A stretch of DNA of 64,000 bases from Candidatus Komeilibacteria bacterium. GTDB lineage: Bacteria > Patescibacteriota > Patescibacteriia > UBA1558 > 2-01-FULL-52-15. Shown one piece after another: positions 36,571 through 47,030 of the stretch (positions within the stretch are counted from its first letter, which is position 1; each line of letters opens with the position of its first letter). Where the stretch lies: positions 1,960 to 65,959 of the forward strand of contig JAZDLR010000022.1 in NCBI GenBank assembly GCA_043801745.1, written 5' to 3'. Made by a program: the position numbers and the translations under genes. The notes under the pieces are model-generated. The model made no database searches. It saw only the letters and a program-made list of their open reading frames with translations, and had not been told where the DNA came from.

Positions 36571-38591
36571 TGACCCAATAAGCTTAACGACCAACCACGG
36601 CTGTTGACTAATTTGGCTGCCAAGCGGTTCAGAATCTGACCATTGTAGTCATAGGTATCAAGGCTGGTTACTGACCGCTCGGCCGGGAAAACTACCAGGT
36701 CAGCCAAACCATCACCCGTGGTATCACCAGCCAAAAAATTCACGCGGTAGGATTTGGGTTTTAATTGCGGAAACATTGGCCAGGTATTTTTTTGTTTGCC
36801 AGTGCCAGCAAAAATACGGATATTAGTTTTATTGCCGCTAAAATCAGCCACAATGATATCCGGACTTAAATCATGATCCAAATCACCGACGGTCAGAGCA
36901 TAACCACCCCGGGAATTAGAATCAAAAGCCATAAACTGCGCTTTGACTTTACCCTGACCATCGAAGATCCGAACATGCGGTCCGCCCTGTTGGCGAGGCA
37001 TAGTTACAATATCAGCAACACCGTCGGCATCAACATCACCAATAGCAACTAAGCTACCGCCACGGAAACGGTGATCATAAGCTAGGAACTCACCTTTTTT
37101 ATTACCCCGACTGTCAAAAACGCGGACTGTACTGGCAGCTCCGCCGTTAGGCACTACCACAATCTCATTAACGCCGTCAGCATCAACATCACCAATAGCA
37201 ATATTATAGCCGGTCCGCCATTTACCCTCGTAAGCCATAAATTGCCCCTTGAGAACGCCCCGAGCGCTAAAAATACGTATATGCGGACCACCATTACTAT
37301 AAGGAGCGGTCACAATCTCCACTTGCCCGTCACCATCGACGTCACCGCTGGCCACATTAACTCCACCAGAAAATAACGGCGCATAAGCCAGAAATGACGA
37401 TTGCACGACTCCTTGGCGATCAACGAATGATAATTCTGGCCGGCCCGACAGAGGCGCCACGGCGAATACTTCTGAATTCTGCTGAGCCAAACGGTCAGCT
37501 ACCTTGAGAGCCGCTCCCATATTCAGTAGGCCGGCACCCACAGCCTGCGGGTTAGAGGGATTAGATGACTGCACATTAACGGCATTAGCGGTAATGATGT
37601 TATAAATCGTATCCAGAATCAACTTGGGCGCAATACGTTTGATGTTAGCTATAGTTGCCGCAACCATCGGAGCCGCCACCGAAGTACCAGTCCAACCACC
37701 ACTGTAATTCTGAGAAAATTGCGTGCTACCGGGAATAATCGGCGCTGTAGAAAAAATTCCGGTTCCAGGAGCAGAAATATCGACACACTGCGAACCGTAA
37801 TTAGAAAATGAACTGAGGGTATTATTATCGTCCACCGCAGCGACCCCCATAACCTGGTTAGCTCCCGAGGCATCACACACTGGATAGCGGGGAGAAGTAT
37901 TTAAATCAATACCATAGACTTCCTCGTTACCAGAGGCAGCCACGACCGCCACCCCGTGTGAGTTGGCTCGGGCTATGGCATCAGTCAGACGTGGATCTAA
38001 AACCTTTCCCACCAAACTCAAATTAATTACAGCGGCACGATTATCTACGGCATAATCAATGGCCTGAGATAGCACCAGGGTATTACCGGAACCGCTACTA
38101 TCCAGAGCCTTAATGGGCATAATCTTAACCTGGGGAGCCAAACCAGAAATACCAATACCATTATCAAAACCAGCAGCGATAATACCAGCCACAATCGTGC
38201 CATGACTAACTGCGTCACCATTCAAAGCTGACGATAGTGTTGGTTCGGGATCATTATTACCACTGATAAAATTCCAGCCATGGACATCATCAATATAACT
38301 GTTGTTATCATCATCAATACCATTGCCAGGTATCTCATTTTTATTCGTCCAGATAGAATTCAGTAAATCAGGATGATTTAAATCAACTCCGGTATCCAAG
38401 ACAGCAACGATAATCTCCCCGGTGCTGGGGCGTTTCAGTACATAATCCCAACCCTCAAAAGCATTAATACGCTGCAGATAACTCTGCTGCGGTAATTGCG
38501 GATCATTGGGAATATAAGCGTAAGCAGCTGGTGCAATTAACCAGCTACCAATAATAATACTACCTAACAAAACGAAGATTTTTTTGTGCAT
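36567..38591 (-). CDS. Secreted subtilisin-like S8 protease with FG-GAP/VCBS repeats
   Basis: Catalytic triad motifs VLDTG, HGTIVAG and GTSVAAP; repeated GDVDxDG...GGPHxRIF; signal peptide from ATG 38591. Confidence 0.93.
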   Translation of the reverse strand: MHKKIFVLLGSIIIGSWLIAPAAYAYIPNDPQLPQQSYLQRINAFEGWDYVLKRPSTGEIIVAVLDTGVDLNHPDLLNSIWTNKNEIPGNGIDDDNNSYIDDVHGWNFISGNNDPEPTLSSALNGDAVSHGTIVAGIIAAGFDNGIGISGLAPQVKIMPIKALDSSGSGNTLVLSQAIDYAVDNRAAVINLSLVGKVLDPRLTDAIARANSHGVAVVAASGNEEVYGIDLNTSPRYPVCDASGANQVMGVAAVDDNNTLSSFSNYGSQCVDISAPGTGIFSTAPIIPGSTQFSQNYSGGWTGTSVAAPMVAATIANIKRIAPKLILDTIYNIITANAVNVQSSNPSNPQAVGAGLLNMGAALKVADRLAQQNSEVFAVAPLSGRPELSFVDRQGVVQSSFLAYAPLFSGGVNVASGDVDGDGQVEIVTAPYSNGGPHIRIFSARGVLKGQFMAYEGKWRTGYNIAIGDVDADGVNEIVVVPNGGAASTVRVFDSRGNKKGEFLAYDHRFRGGSLVAIGDVDADGVADIVTMPRQQGGPHVRIFDGQGKVKAQFMAFDSNSRGGYALTVGDLDHDLSPDIIVADFSGNKTNIRIFAGTGKQKNTWPMFPQLKPKSYRVNFLAGDTTGDGLADLVVFPAERSVTSLDTYDYNGQILNRLAAKLVNSRGWSLSLLGQ

Positions 38592-38682
38592 CAAAATATT
38601 GTCAATTATACTAGAGTTAGGCCGGTTAATCAAATCTCATTTGACAAATATTTGGTTTCATTTTATATTATGGATGACCTTT

Positions 38683-40062
38683 ATGATTACTGCCAAAAAA
38701 ATACTACTTTTTCTGGGGGATATTATTCTGCTTTACGTAGCTCTATGGCTGACCCTGCTGCTACGCTACCAAGATCATTACTCCCCCCGATTATACCAAG
38801 AGCATCTTTTGCCCTTCACTTTAGTATTTTTTATTTGGATTACCATTTTCTTTATTAACGATTTATATAGTGTCCATTCATCGCAAAATGATTTCCGCTT
38901 TTACGGTTACTTATTACAAAATCAGTTCATCAATACTATACTGGGCTTTGCTTTTTTCTACGTCGTGCCTTCAGATTTTACCCACCTCAGACCACAGACG
39001 GTATTACTCATCCTAGTCATCGTCTATACTATTCTATTTTTACTCTGGCGGCGATTATTTTATTTCGTCAGCAGTAATTCTCGCTTAGCCAATTCAGTAC
39101 TATTTATCGGTGTTGACAAAGAGGTGACAAATTTAATCAATGAAATGCAGCGCAAGCCGCAGCTAGGATACAAAGCAGTGGCTCTTATCAATATTGCTAA
39201 TTATCCTTTGCCGGTTTCCTTGGCCACCATTGGCCAAAAAAGAGATTTAATCAATTTACGCCACTATATTGTTGACAATCATATTGCCACTGTTGTCACG
39301 GCGATTGATCAAAAAAACAGCGCTCAGGTTTCCAAATATTTATTTGATACCTTAGATCTTAAATTGCGCTATTATTCTTTTCCGGATTTTTACGAAGCCA
39401 TTACCGGCAAAGTTCCGGTTACCTCTCTGGAAAAAACCTGGTTTCTGGAGAACTTGACTCAAGGCAGAAAAAAAACTTATGAGGTCATCAAACGATTAGA
39501 AGACATTTTTCTGTCCCTGATTTTAGCCATTGTCACCTCGCCCATTTCACTTCTTCTGATACTAATAATCAAGCTGGAATCACCGGGTCCGATATTCTAC
39601 ACCCAGATCCGTACCGGTAGGGGCGGAAAAATCTTTAGGGCGATTAAATTCCGCTCTATGCGCCACAACGCCGAAAGCGCCGGCCAAGCTGTCTGGGCCA
39701 GCAAACAAGATCCCCGCATTACCCGCATTGGCCGCCTAATACGCACCAGCCGTTTAGACGAGATTCCCCAGGTAATTAATATTTTGCGTAGTGAGATGAG
39801 TTTTGTCGGACCGCGTCCCGAACGACCGGAATTTATTAAAATATTAGGTGAACAAATTCCTTATTATAATGAACGATTGTTAGTTAAACCTGGCCTGACC
39901 GGCTGGGCTCAAATCAATTATCCTTATGGCGATTCCATCGAAGACGCTCTGGTTAAACTGCAATTCGACCTATTTTATATCAAGAACCGCTCCTTTACCC
40001 TTGACGCCTCAATTATACTCAAAACCATTAATACGGTGCTAAACCGTTCCCTGGGACAATAA
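38683..40062 (+). CDS. Priming polyprenyl-phosphate sugar-1-phosphate transferase (WcaJ/WbaP-like)
   Basis: KFRSM, DPRIT, LDEIPQ, GPRPE and PGLTGWAQ; TTGACA-17-TATATT promoter at 38641-38669. Confidence 0.93.
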   Translation: MITAKKILLFLGDIILLYVALWLTLLLRYQDHYSPRLYQEHLLPFTLVFFIWITIFFINDLYSVHSSQNDFRFYGYLLQNQFINTILGFAFFYVVPSDFTHLRPQTVLLILVIVYTILFLLWRRLFYFVSSNSRLANSVLFIGVDKEVTNLINEMQRKPQLGYKAVALINIANYPLPVSLATIGQKRDLINLRHYIVDNHIATVVTAIDQKNSAQVSKYLFDTLDLKLRYYSFPDFYEAITGKVPVTSLEKTWFLENLTQGRKKTYEVIKRLEDIFLSLILAIVTSPISLLLILIIKLESPGPIFYTQIRTGRGGKIFRAIKFRSMRHNAESAGQAVWASKQDPRITRIGRLIRTSRLDEIPQVINILRSEMSFVGPRPERPEFIKILGEQIPYYNERLLVKPGLTGWAQINYPYGDSIEDALVKLQFDLFYIKNRSFTLDASIILKTINTVLNRSLGQ

Positions 40063-41324
40063 TGACCCGTCTACAGCAGCAGGCCTATAGACTTTTACGC
40101 TGGAGCGAACGCCATACCAAAACTGATATGATCTATTTGGCGCGCGGTGGCTTCTGGCTGTTGGCCGGTCAAGTTGGCGGTGCCTTATTATCCTTGGGTG
40201 TAGCCGTAGTTTTAGCACACGCTTTATCCAGAGAAACCTACGGCGACTATAAATATATTTTGTCGGTTCTATCGCTTCTGACCATAACTAGTTTGCAGGG
40301 CCTAAGTCCGGCCATTACCCGTTCAGTAGCTCAGGGCAACGAAGGCGGTTTGACCCAAGCTTTAGTCTTAAGAATTAAATGGGGCCTCTTAGGATTAGGT
40401 ATTGGTATCCTTGGGGCAATTTATTCTTATTGGCAACACAATCAGACTCTGACACTGACCTATGCAGTTATTGCCCTAGCCGCGCCACTATTTGATAGTC
40501 TGAAAATTTACGATGCTTTCTTACGTGGAAAGAAATTATTTCAACCTTCCTCAATCCTGCAATTTATCAGTAAAGCCATCACTTCAGCCGCCCTGGTACT
40601 GACAGTTTTGATTAGCAAAAATTTAACCATCATTATCGCCAGCTACTGTCTGATTTTCATTATCTGTGAATTATTAATTTATCGCTACGTCAAAAATAAA
40701 TATGTTCAGAATTCTTACACTGATCCCGCAACTGCCAGTTATGGAAAACATCTCAGTCTCAACGCCCTGGTTGGAACCGCAGCCGCCTATTTAGATAAAC
40801 TGTTAGTCTATTATCTGCTAGGCCCAGTGCCTCTGGCAGTCTATTCTTATGCCATTGCTATACCCGAACAGCTCAAAGCCGGGCAAAAAGCTTTGGACCT
40901 ACTAATTTTCCCCAAGTTTGCCGCTAACCAAGCTGACGAAATTCAGGCCGGTATTGTTGGGAAATTTTGGCGCTTATTTCTACTTTACGCCACTTTGGCC
41001 GCGGCCTATATTATAGCCGCGCCCTGGCTATTTCAGTGGCTCTTTCCGCAATATAATGACGCCGTAATCTATTCTCAATTATTTGCCCTATCAATCGTGG
41101 GCGCGGCAATAAACCCCGCCTTTACCTACTTGCAAGCCAAGAAAAAAATTAAGGCTCAATACCTTAATAATACCCTCACCGCTGTATTCCAAATTGCTAT
41201 CATGATAGTAATGATTATCCAGTGGGGCTTGCTGGGCCTAATTATTGCCCGCATCATCACCCGCTTTGTCAGCGCCGGATTAAATTTATTCTTCTATCAC
41301 TACAGTAAGTCATCACTTGACTAA
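40062..41324 (+). CDS. Wzx-like oligosaccharide flippase (MOP family)
   Basis: About 12 TM, L....YG.Y and DKLLV...LG...LAVYS; translationally coupled to the priming transferase. Confidence 0.85.
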   Translation: MTRLQQQAYRLLRWSERHTKTDMIYLARGGFWLLAGQVGGALLSLGVAVVLAHALSRETYGDYKYILSVLSLLTITSLQGLSPAITRSVAQGNEGGLTQALVLRIKWGLLGLGIGILGAIYSYWQHNQTLTLTYAVIALAAPLFDSLKIYDAFLRGKKLFQPSSILQFISKAITSAALVLTVLISKNLTIIIASYCLIFIICELLIYRYVKNKYVQNSYTDPATASYGKHLSLNALVGTAAAYLDKLLVYYLLGPVPLAVYSYAIAIPEQLKAGQKALDLLIFPKFAANQADEIQAGIVGKFWRLFLLYATLAAAYIIAAPWLFQWLFPQYNDAVIYSQLFALSIVGAAINPAFTYLQAKKKIKAQYLNNTLTAVFQIAIMIVMIIQWGLLGLIIARIITRFVSAGLNLFFYHYSKSSLD

Positions 41325-41349
41325 CTCTTCTAGCGTCCAAATACTTTTA

Positions 41350-42465
41350 CTATTTAGACAAAAGTTGCTGATAAAGATCGAGCCACTGTTTACCAATAAC
41401 TGACCAATCATGCTGCTGAGCGTAACGATAACCGGCCTCACCCAAAGTAGTAGCTAAGTCGGGATTTTCCAGCAACCGTAAAATTGCCTGACTCGTTGCC
41501 TCGGGGTCGTTTTCAGGCACAATCAATCCTGTCTGACCATCAATTACCGCGTCAGGGACGCCTCCTGAGCGGGCGGCAATTATTGGTTTTCTGCAAGCTG
41601 AAGCTTCCAGATAAACAATACCGAAGCCCTCAAAATTTCCCCGGGTCAGACGAGCAGTATGAATATAGATATCACTGGCCTGAAAAATCCCAACCATTTC
41701 TTGGCCTGATCGCTCGCCCATAAAGGTCACAAATTCCTCCAGACCTTGATCAGCCACTATTTGCTTCAGTGTAGCCTGCTGATCACCCAGACCAACAATT
41801 AAATAGTGCCAATCGGTCCGCTGTTGCTTCACCAAAGCTAAAGCCCGCAAAACAATGTCTTGACCTTTGCGGCGCCGCAAAGCCCCGACTGTCAATAATA
41901 ACTTCTTACCTGGGTACACCTGGCGGATAGCGGCTGTATCCCGGGGAGTAGTAAATCTAGCAAAATTAACGCCATTATGTATAATGCGGACCGGCCTGGA
42001 CACGGAACACAAATTCAGAATGGAATCCCGAGTATAGGCACTGGTAGCAACTAAAGCGTCAGCCGCACGGTAAGCGCTTTTTACAAAAAAACTTTCTGGC
42101 CACAAAGTAAGGGGTTTAACGGCGTAGGTTCCTTGGGCCCCAATCACCAGTTTAGCGTTCTTCCGATTAGCAAGTTTCTGTGCCAACAGAGCATAAGGAA
42201 ATTCAAATAACGAGTGAATAATATCGGGCTGCCCGGGATAATTAAAAAAAAGATATTTCAAAAGTTGCCGACTTTTTAAGCGGAATATGTAGTCGGGTAA
42301 AACGTAGTCAATATTATATGTTGCGGCAGTATTGGCTCTTTTTTGTGATTTCGGCAGGAGCAATGTAAAGTCAAGTTTATCGGAGAAATAACAACACAAC
42401 TCGTGCGTAATATTTCCATAGCCGTTAGTAACAGAATTGGTCGAAGAAAGAAGTAGAACCTTCAT
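41350..42465 (-). CDS. Glycosyltransferase family 4
   Basis: RRKGQD and EGFGIVYLEA; start refined to MKVLLL. Confidence 0.92.
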   Translation of the reverse strand: MKVLLLSSTNSVTNGYGNITHELCCYFSDKLDFTLLLPKSQKRANTAATYNIDYVLPDYIFRLKSRQLLKYLFFNYPGQPDIIHSLFEFPYALLAQKLANRKNAKLVIGAQGTYAVKPLTLWPESFFVKSAYRAADALVATSAYTRDSILNLCSVSRPVRIIHNGVNFARFTTPRDTAAIRQVYPGKKLLLTVGALRRRKGQDIVLRALALVKQQRTDWHYLIVGLGDQQATLKQIVADQGLEEFVTFMGERSGQEMVGIFQASDIYIHTARLTRGNFEGFGIVYLEASACRKPIIAARSGGVPDAVIDGQTGLIVPENDPEATSQAILRLLENPDLATTLGEAGYRYAQQHDWSVIGKQWLDLYQQLLSK

Positions 42466-42484
42466 GAATAAATTCTGACTGATT

Positions 42485-44254
42485 TTATTGCAGATTAACG
42501 CTGCTGATCTTCTTAGAGGTAAAAGCATTAGAAAATTCCACAGACAATATATTACCCAAAGCCGCCGTAATGTTCGGGCTGACGGTGCCGGACGGTTGAT
42601 AGATTCGTTGCCAGACAGCGGAATTATCTGCTACCAACCAGACCTTGCGGCTGGAATACTTGGGCTTCATATATAGAGCATCGCTCATATCCCGGGCAGC
42701 TAAGATTAACAGATCAGGCTTAATTGTATAGCTGCCCTGGCTGCAGTCCATATTTTTTACAACTTTATCCCCGGCATCATAAAGTCCGTCATTATTACTG
42801 TCAGCAACTAATTTGAGATGAGCAACACAGCTATCCAATAAATTGACAGTCAACTTATCCAGTCTAACCGAGCTGAAACCGCTGGTACCCAAGTCCAAAG
42901 AAATCTGGAGCTGTCCGGGTGTGTAACCGGTCGTTATAGAAGCAGTAGCATTTTTAAAATTATTTTTTAAAAATGCAATTTTATCCCGTAATTCTGCCCG
43001 ATACATTTTAATATAGCCTAGATAGCGCCAATCACTATCAACTTTCAACCAGTCCTTCAGAAAATCGATTCGGGTCAGATTATCTAAACGGTCATACTCC
43101 GCTAAATCATCCGTTAAATTATTATTGTTATCTAGGTAATCCCACAAGACCTCGTTCCGTTGCTGCAAAAATTCCGGATTGGCCAATATCCTATTAGTTA
43201 ACTTATTACTCTTATATTCCAGCAGAGCCGGAGGAGTAACGCTCAGAGAAACATCCCAAGGAAAAAACACAAATTTCTTTAGCTTCGAATCAAAATACAT
43301 TCTGATATTAGGACCCGTAGCGTGAGAACTGGTATTTAATACCTGCAAAATCTGCCAGCGGTAAAAGGAATCCATGTCCACCAGCTGCGGAATAGTGGCC
43401 GCAAAATCCTTATCGGACAGATTATTAACAGCATCAAGCAAGGCCTGAAGGTCAGACTTATTAGTGGCATCACGGCTCGGGTCTTGAGAAATCTTAGACC
43501 AAGCATCAGTAGAATCAAAATAATCAGTCAACCGGGCGGGAAAATCAACCGTATCAACTCCTGTATAAAAATTAACTTGCCCGTCAATTCCCTGCCGCTC
43601 CAATAAATCCGCATTGAAATCTTCTACCTGCCAGTAAACTCCTTGTCTCGCGCCATTAACAAAAAAATTGACAAACTTAGTTTGAGGAGCAGGTAAACCC
43701 AACTTTTTAGCTCTAAAATTGGAAATTTCCTCAACAAAGTATTTGCGGTCATCCGGGATAATTAAAGCAATTTTTTGATAGCCGTCAAAATAATCATCAT
43801 CAGGAAATTTAATCAGCCAGGATTTCTTAGCGTCGCGCCAATGATTATCTGTGCCGCCACGATAACGCACTTTAGTTGTAGTAGCTTCATAACCGGTAGC
43901 CGTAAAAACAGCCTTTTCAGTCTTTTTATATTGCTCACCCAATAAATTATCAGCATAGCCAGCGGGTAAATTATGATTTAAGGCATACCAATGATTGACA
44001 CTAATCTTGAGATCATAGCTCTCCAGCTGGGAAGGTAAAAAATAAACGGGCAAAAAGAAAATATTGGATAACTTCCTCACCAACTGAATCTCGGCATGGT
44101 AGTAGCGGTAAATGCCCACGCGGCCCAAACGGACAAAACTCCCAACAACCGGCACAACAATAATTATTATTCCCAGAGCCAGCCACAAAATTATCCGGCC
44201 TATTCGATATCGCTGACTCGGAGACAAAAACATAATTTTAAAAAAATTTCTCAT
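42485..44254 (-). CDS. CotH-like atypical kinase, membrane anchored
   Basis: N-terminal TM; KVRYRG, KKSWLIKF, VNG..QGVYWQVE and H...N..MY...FFPWD motifs. Confidence 0.8.
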   Translation of the reverse strand: MRNFFKIMFLSPSQRYRIGRIILWLALGIIIIVVPVVGSFVRLGRVGIYRYYHAEIQLVRKLSNIFFLPVYFLPSQLESYDLKISVNHWYALNHNLPAGYADNLLGEQYKKTEKAVFTATGYEATTTKVRYRGGTDNHWRDAKKSWLIKFPDDDYFDGYQKIALIIPDDRKYFVEEISNFRAKKLGLPAPQTKFVNFFVNGARQGVYWQVEDFNADLLERQGIDGQVNFYTGVDTVDFPARLTDYFDSTDAWSKISQDPSRDATNKSDLQALLDAVNNLSDKDFAATIPQLVDMDSFYRWQILQVLNTSSHATGPNIRMYFDSKLKKFVFFPWDVSLSVTPPALLEYKSNKLTNRILANPEFLQQRNEVLWDYLDNNNNLTDDLAEYDRLDNLTRIDFLKDWLKVDSDWRYLGYIKMYRAELRDKIAFLKNNFKNATASITTGYTPGQLQISLDLGTSGFSSVRLDKLTVNLLDSCVAHLKLVADSNNDGLYDAGDKVVKNMDCSQGSYTIKPDLLILAARDMSDALYMKPKYSSRKVWLVADNSAVWQRIYQPSGTVSPNITAALGNILSVEFSNAFTSKKISSVNLQ

Positions 44255-46005
44255 GGTTGAAAACGATAAATCTTAATGCCATTAATCTCGGAAATCGCCT
44301 GTAGCCAGGGATATTGGTCCAAATTCCACTGTTGATCGCTCTGCTTATCCCACAGAGCGTAATCAAGACGATATTGCTGGAAAAATTGACGGCTGTCAAC
44401 TTTCTGCAACCATGTCAAATAGTCAGCTTTAACTTGATCTAGCTGAGCTTGAGTAAAACACCCCTCCTTACAAGCCCCGGTCTTTAATTGATAGCGGCCA
44501 AAAAGATACTCATAAACATCTTTATTTTTCTGACTGACAAAACTATCAATATTTCTATCGTTGGCTCCGGCCAAATACAGATTGGCATACAGCCGATCGC
44601 GGAAACGCTCCATAGGAACCAGGTAAAATTCACCCCAGCGTGATAAGTAACTATTGTCGTGGGTGTAAATAGGCAGATCAACGTTCAATTGTCCATGAGC
44701 TAAAACCACATCATCTGGAGAAGAATTTTTTTCAAGCCACTGATAGACTGCAGCGTAGCGCTGCGAATCCAAAGCTAATGCCTTATTTTTCTCATAACCC
44801 AGATATTGTCTGGTCACACCATTAGCGAAAACCAGTAGCAAAATAATAACTGTAATAAGGTAACGTAAAAAAAGGCTGCGGCCGGAGATAATCCTATATA
44901 AACACCAATAAACAAAGAAGATGGTTAAGGGAGCAATGTAATACCAGTGCCAGTGGCCCGGATAAAACCGCAGCCCGGTTATAACCTGTTGGTTAATCAA
45001 AAAAAACAGGGCAGCAAACTGACAAAGAAACCAATAAAACAGCCAATCTTTAGAGCGCCGCCCGTAAAAAGCCAGCAAGACGACAAAATCAAGAAATAAA
45101 ATATTACTCCAAATAAACTGATGAGAGGAATAAAAACCGTAACGCTTCTGTAACAGTGGATAAATTGGATCGGAAATAGATCGGAAAAAATTATACCAAT
45201 AGGGAAGAGAAATAATTAAAGCCCCGCCCAACAGCCAAAACATTTTTTTACGTGGCAAAGACAGATGAGTAACAGACGGGAAAAAGCTGGCCAGCAGCAA
45301 TAATACAATCAGACCAAACGCCAACATCCAAGAATAGATATAGGTATAAAACATCAGACCCAAAAATAATACCGCCACAAAATACTGACTATTTTTATGA
45401 GATTTTAGCCAGGAATAAAAAAAATACAGCCAGAAAAAAAATATCAACGAGCTCATTTGCGGATTAATAGGGCGGCTATAATCCACAATGGTGTTCAAGC
45501 CGGAAAAGTCGGCTCTCAATATGCCCAGAACACCGCCCGGACTTAATATAAAATTCGACGCCAAAATAACTGTTGCCGGGGCAACTAAAGACAACGAACG
45601 GCTGCGACTGATCAGATAAAACAGGCCGTATAAAACTAAAAATAACAGCGCAGGAAAAACAAATTTGCCTATGGTGACAATCTGCATTGCTGTCACTCCG
45701 AGTATTCTGGCTAACGTACCTTCAATAATTTCCATCAGCGGCGGCTGCGCATAGGGCTTAGCCTTATATTCAGAGAGGTCGGGGCTGGCAATATTCCAAT
45801 GTCCGTCATAAGCTTCTCTCACCCGGATAATATAGTATTCTTCCGTGTCAGTTCCGGTCATGTCAATCCCCCGATAGCTACTGCCGGCTTCCTGTAGCAA
45901 TAACAATTGCGGCATCAAAGTCACTAGACCAATGCCAAAAGCGATAATCAGTGCTGACCAATGTTGCTTACAGCGCGCTAGCAATATGGAGAAAACAGCT
46001 TGCAT
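44251..46005 (-). CDS. Polytopic membrane protein, GT-C-like
   Basis: DTEEYY acidic motif after TM1, many TM segments and soluble C-terminal domain. Confidence 0.6.
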   Translation of the reverse strand: MQAVFSILLARCKQHWSALIIAFGIGLVTLMPQLLLLQEAGSSYRGIDMTGTDTEEYYIIRVREAYDGHWNIASPDLSEYKAKPYAQPPLMEIIEGTLARILGVTAMQIVTIGKFVFPALLFLVLYGLFYLISRSRSLSLVAPATVILASNFILSPGGVLGILRADFSGLNTIVDYSRPINPQMSSLIFFFWLYFFYSWLKSHKNSQYFVAVLFLGLMFYTYIYSWMLAFGLIVLLLLASFFPSVTHLSLPRKKMFWLLGGALIISLPYWYNFFRSISDPIYPLLQKRYGFYSSHQFIWSNILFLDFVVLLAFYGRRSKDWLFYWFLCQFAALFFLINQQVITGLRFYPGHWHWYYIAPLTIFFVYWCLYRIISGRSLFLRYLITVIILLLVFANGVTRQYLGYEKNKALALDSQRYAAVYQWLEKNSSPDDVVLAHGQLNVDLPIYTHDNSYLSRWGEFYLVPMERFRDRLYANLYLAGANDRNIDSFVSQKNKDVYEYLFGRYQLKTGACKEGCFTQAQLDQVKADYLTWLQKVDSRQFFQQYRLDYALWDKQSDQQWNLDQYPWLQAISEINGIKIYRFQP

Positions 46006-46007
46006 TT

Positions 46008-46379
46008 CTATTTAATTTGAAACAGAAAAAATAGTCCGACCAAAATTAGAGCTATGCCCAGAAACTGAACTGGCGCAATAGCCTCTTTAAAAAAGAAGAG
46101 CGATCCTAAAATTATCAAGATATAAACGCCGCTAAGAGATGAGTAGGCTACGGATAATTTAATTCGGGATAAAACATAGAGCCAACAAACGAAAGCCAGG
46201 CCGTAACAAACAACTGTTGACCAGAAGTATAGGTTACGGATTAAAAAAAGAAATAAACTGCCTAAGGCTTGCCACTGCAGTTCAAAGGAACCAAATGAGC
46301 TCATCAGCTTTTTCAACAGTAATTGAGCGCTGGCCGCTAAAAATACATCTATAATAAGCAATAAATAGGTGAATAACAT
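46008..46379 (-). CDS. EamA/SMR-like small transporter (ArnE/F-like flippase)
   Basis: AQLLLK...W..VLS...LSVAY...FFKE...GIALILVG. Confidence 0.8.
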   Translation of the reverse strand: MLFTYLLLIIDVFLAASAQLLLKKLMSSFGSFELQWQALGSLFLFLIRNLYFWSTVVCYGLAFVCWLYVLSRIKLSVAYSSLSGVYILIILGSLFFFKEAIAPVQFLGIALILVGLFFLFQIK

Positions 46380-46433
46380 TACTTTATATTAAATAATAAG
46401 CGGTAAAAAAAATTCTTATCACAACTGACACTA

Positions 46434-47030
46434 TTACTTATCTAGAATGAAAACCTGGTAGGGACAAATTCCGCTCCACATAGAAAATGAACTGACCAGC
46501 TTTAGGTCCGGCGGCAACAGCCTCTGATACTCCTCTGCTGATCTAATATACTTACCCTCGTCGAAATTATGCATCAAGGTCGTCAACCAATATTTTTTAG
46601 CAACGCGCAAATCCTCCATTAATATCACCCGGCCACCGATTTTCACTACTCTCTTAATCTCGGACAATATCGCCCTACTAAGTGTATCATCTAAATGATG
46701 CAGCACGCCAATCATCAGAACCTTATCGAAACTCTGATCCGAAAAGGTCAATTGCGTAGCGTCACCGACCATAAATTGATAGGGCTGCTTTCTTTTAGCA
46801 TAAGCAATATAGTCAGGATTTATGTCCAAACCAAGATACTGCTCGGGCGGAAATAAACGGGAAAACTCTCCGGTGCCGCAGCCAATATCCAAAATACTGC
46901 CGCTAATCTCCCGGCTCCAATATTTGGCAATGACTGCTTTCTCGCCCGCGAAATTATTTTCTAGAATCCGGCGGCTGACCTCAAAAAAATACGGCCACCG
47001 GGCCAACAAGGATGTAATTTTACTGGCCAC
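46434..47030 (-). CDS. Class I SAM-dependent methyltransferase
   Basis: ILDIGCGTG, GDA..L.F...SFD and VLHH. Confidence 0.9.
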   Translation of the reverse strand: MASKITSLLARWPYFFEVSRRILENNFAGEKAVIAKYWSREISGSILDIGCGTGEFSRLFPPEQYLGLDINPDYIAYAKRKQPYQFMVGDATQLTFSDQSFDKVLMIGVLHHLDDTLSRAILSEIKRVVKIGGRVILMEDLRVAKKYWLTTLMHNFDEGKYIRSAEEYQRLLPPDLKLVSSFSMWSGICPYQVFILDK

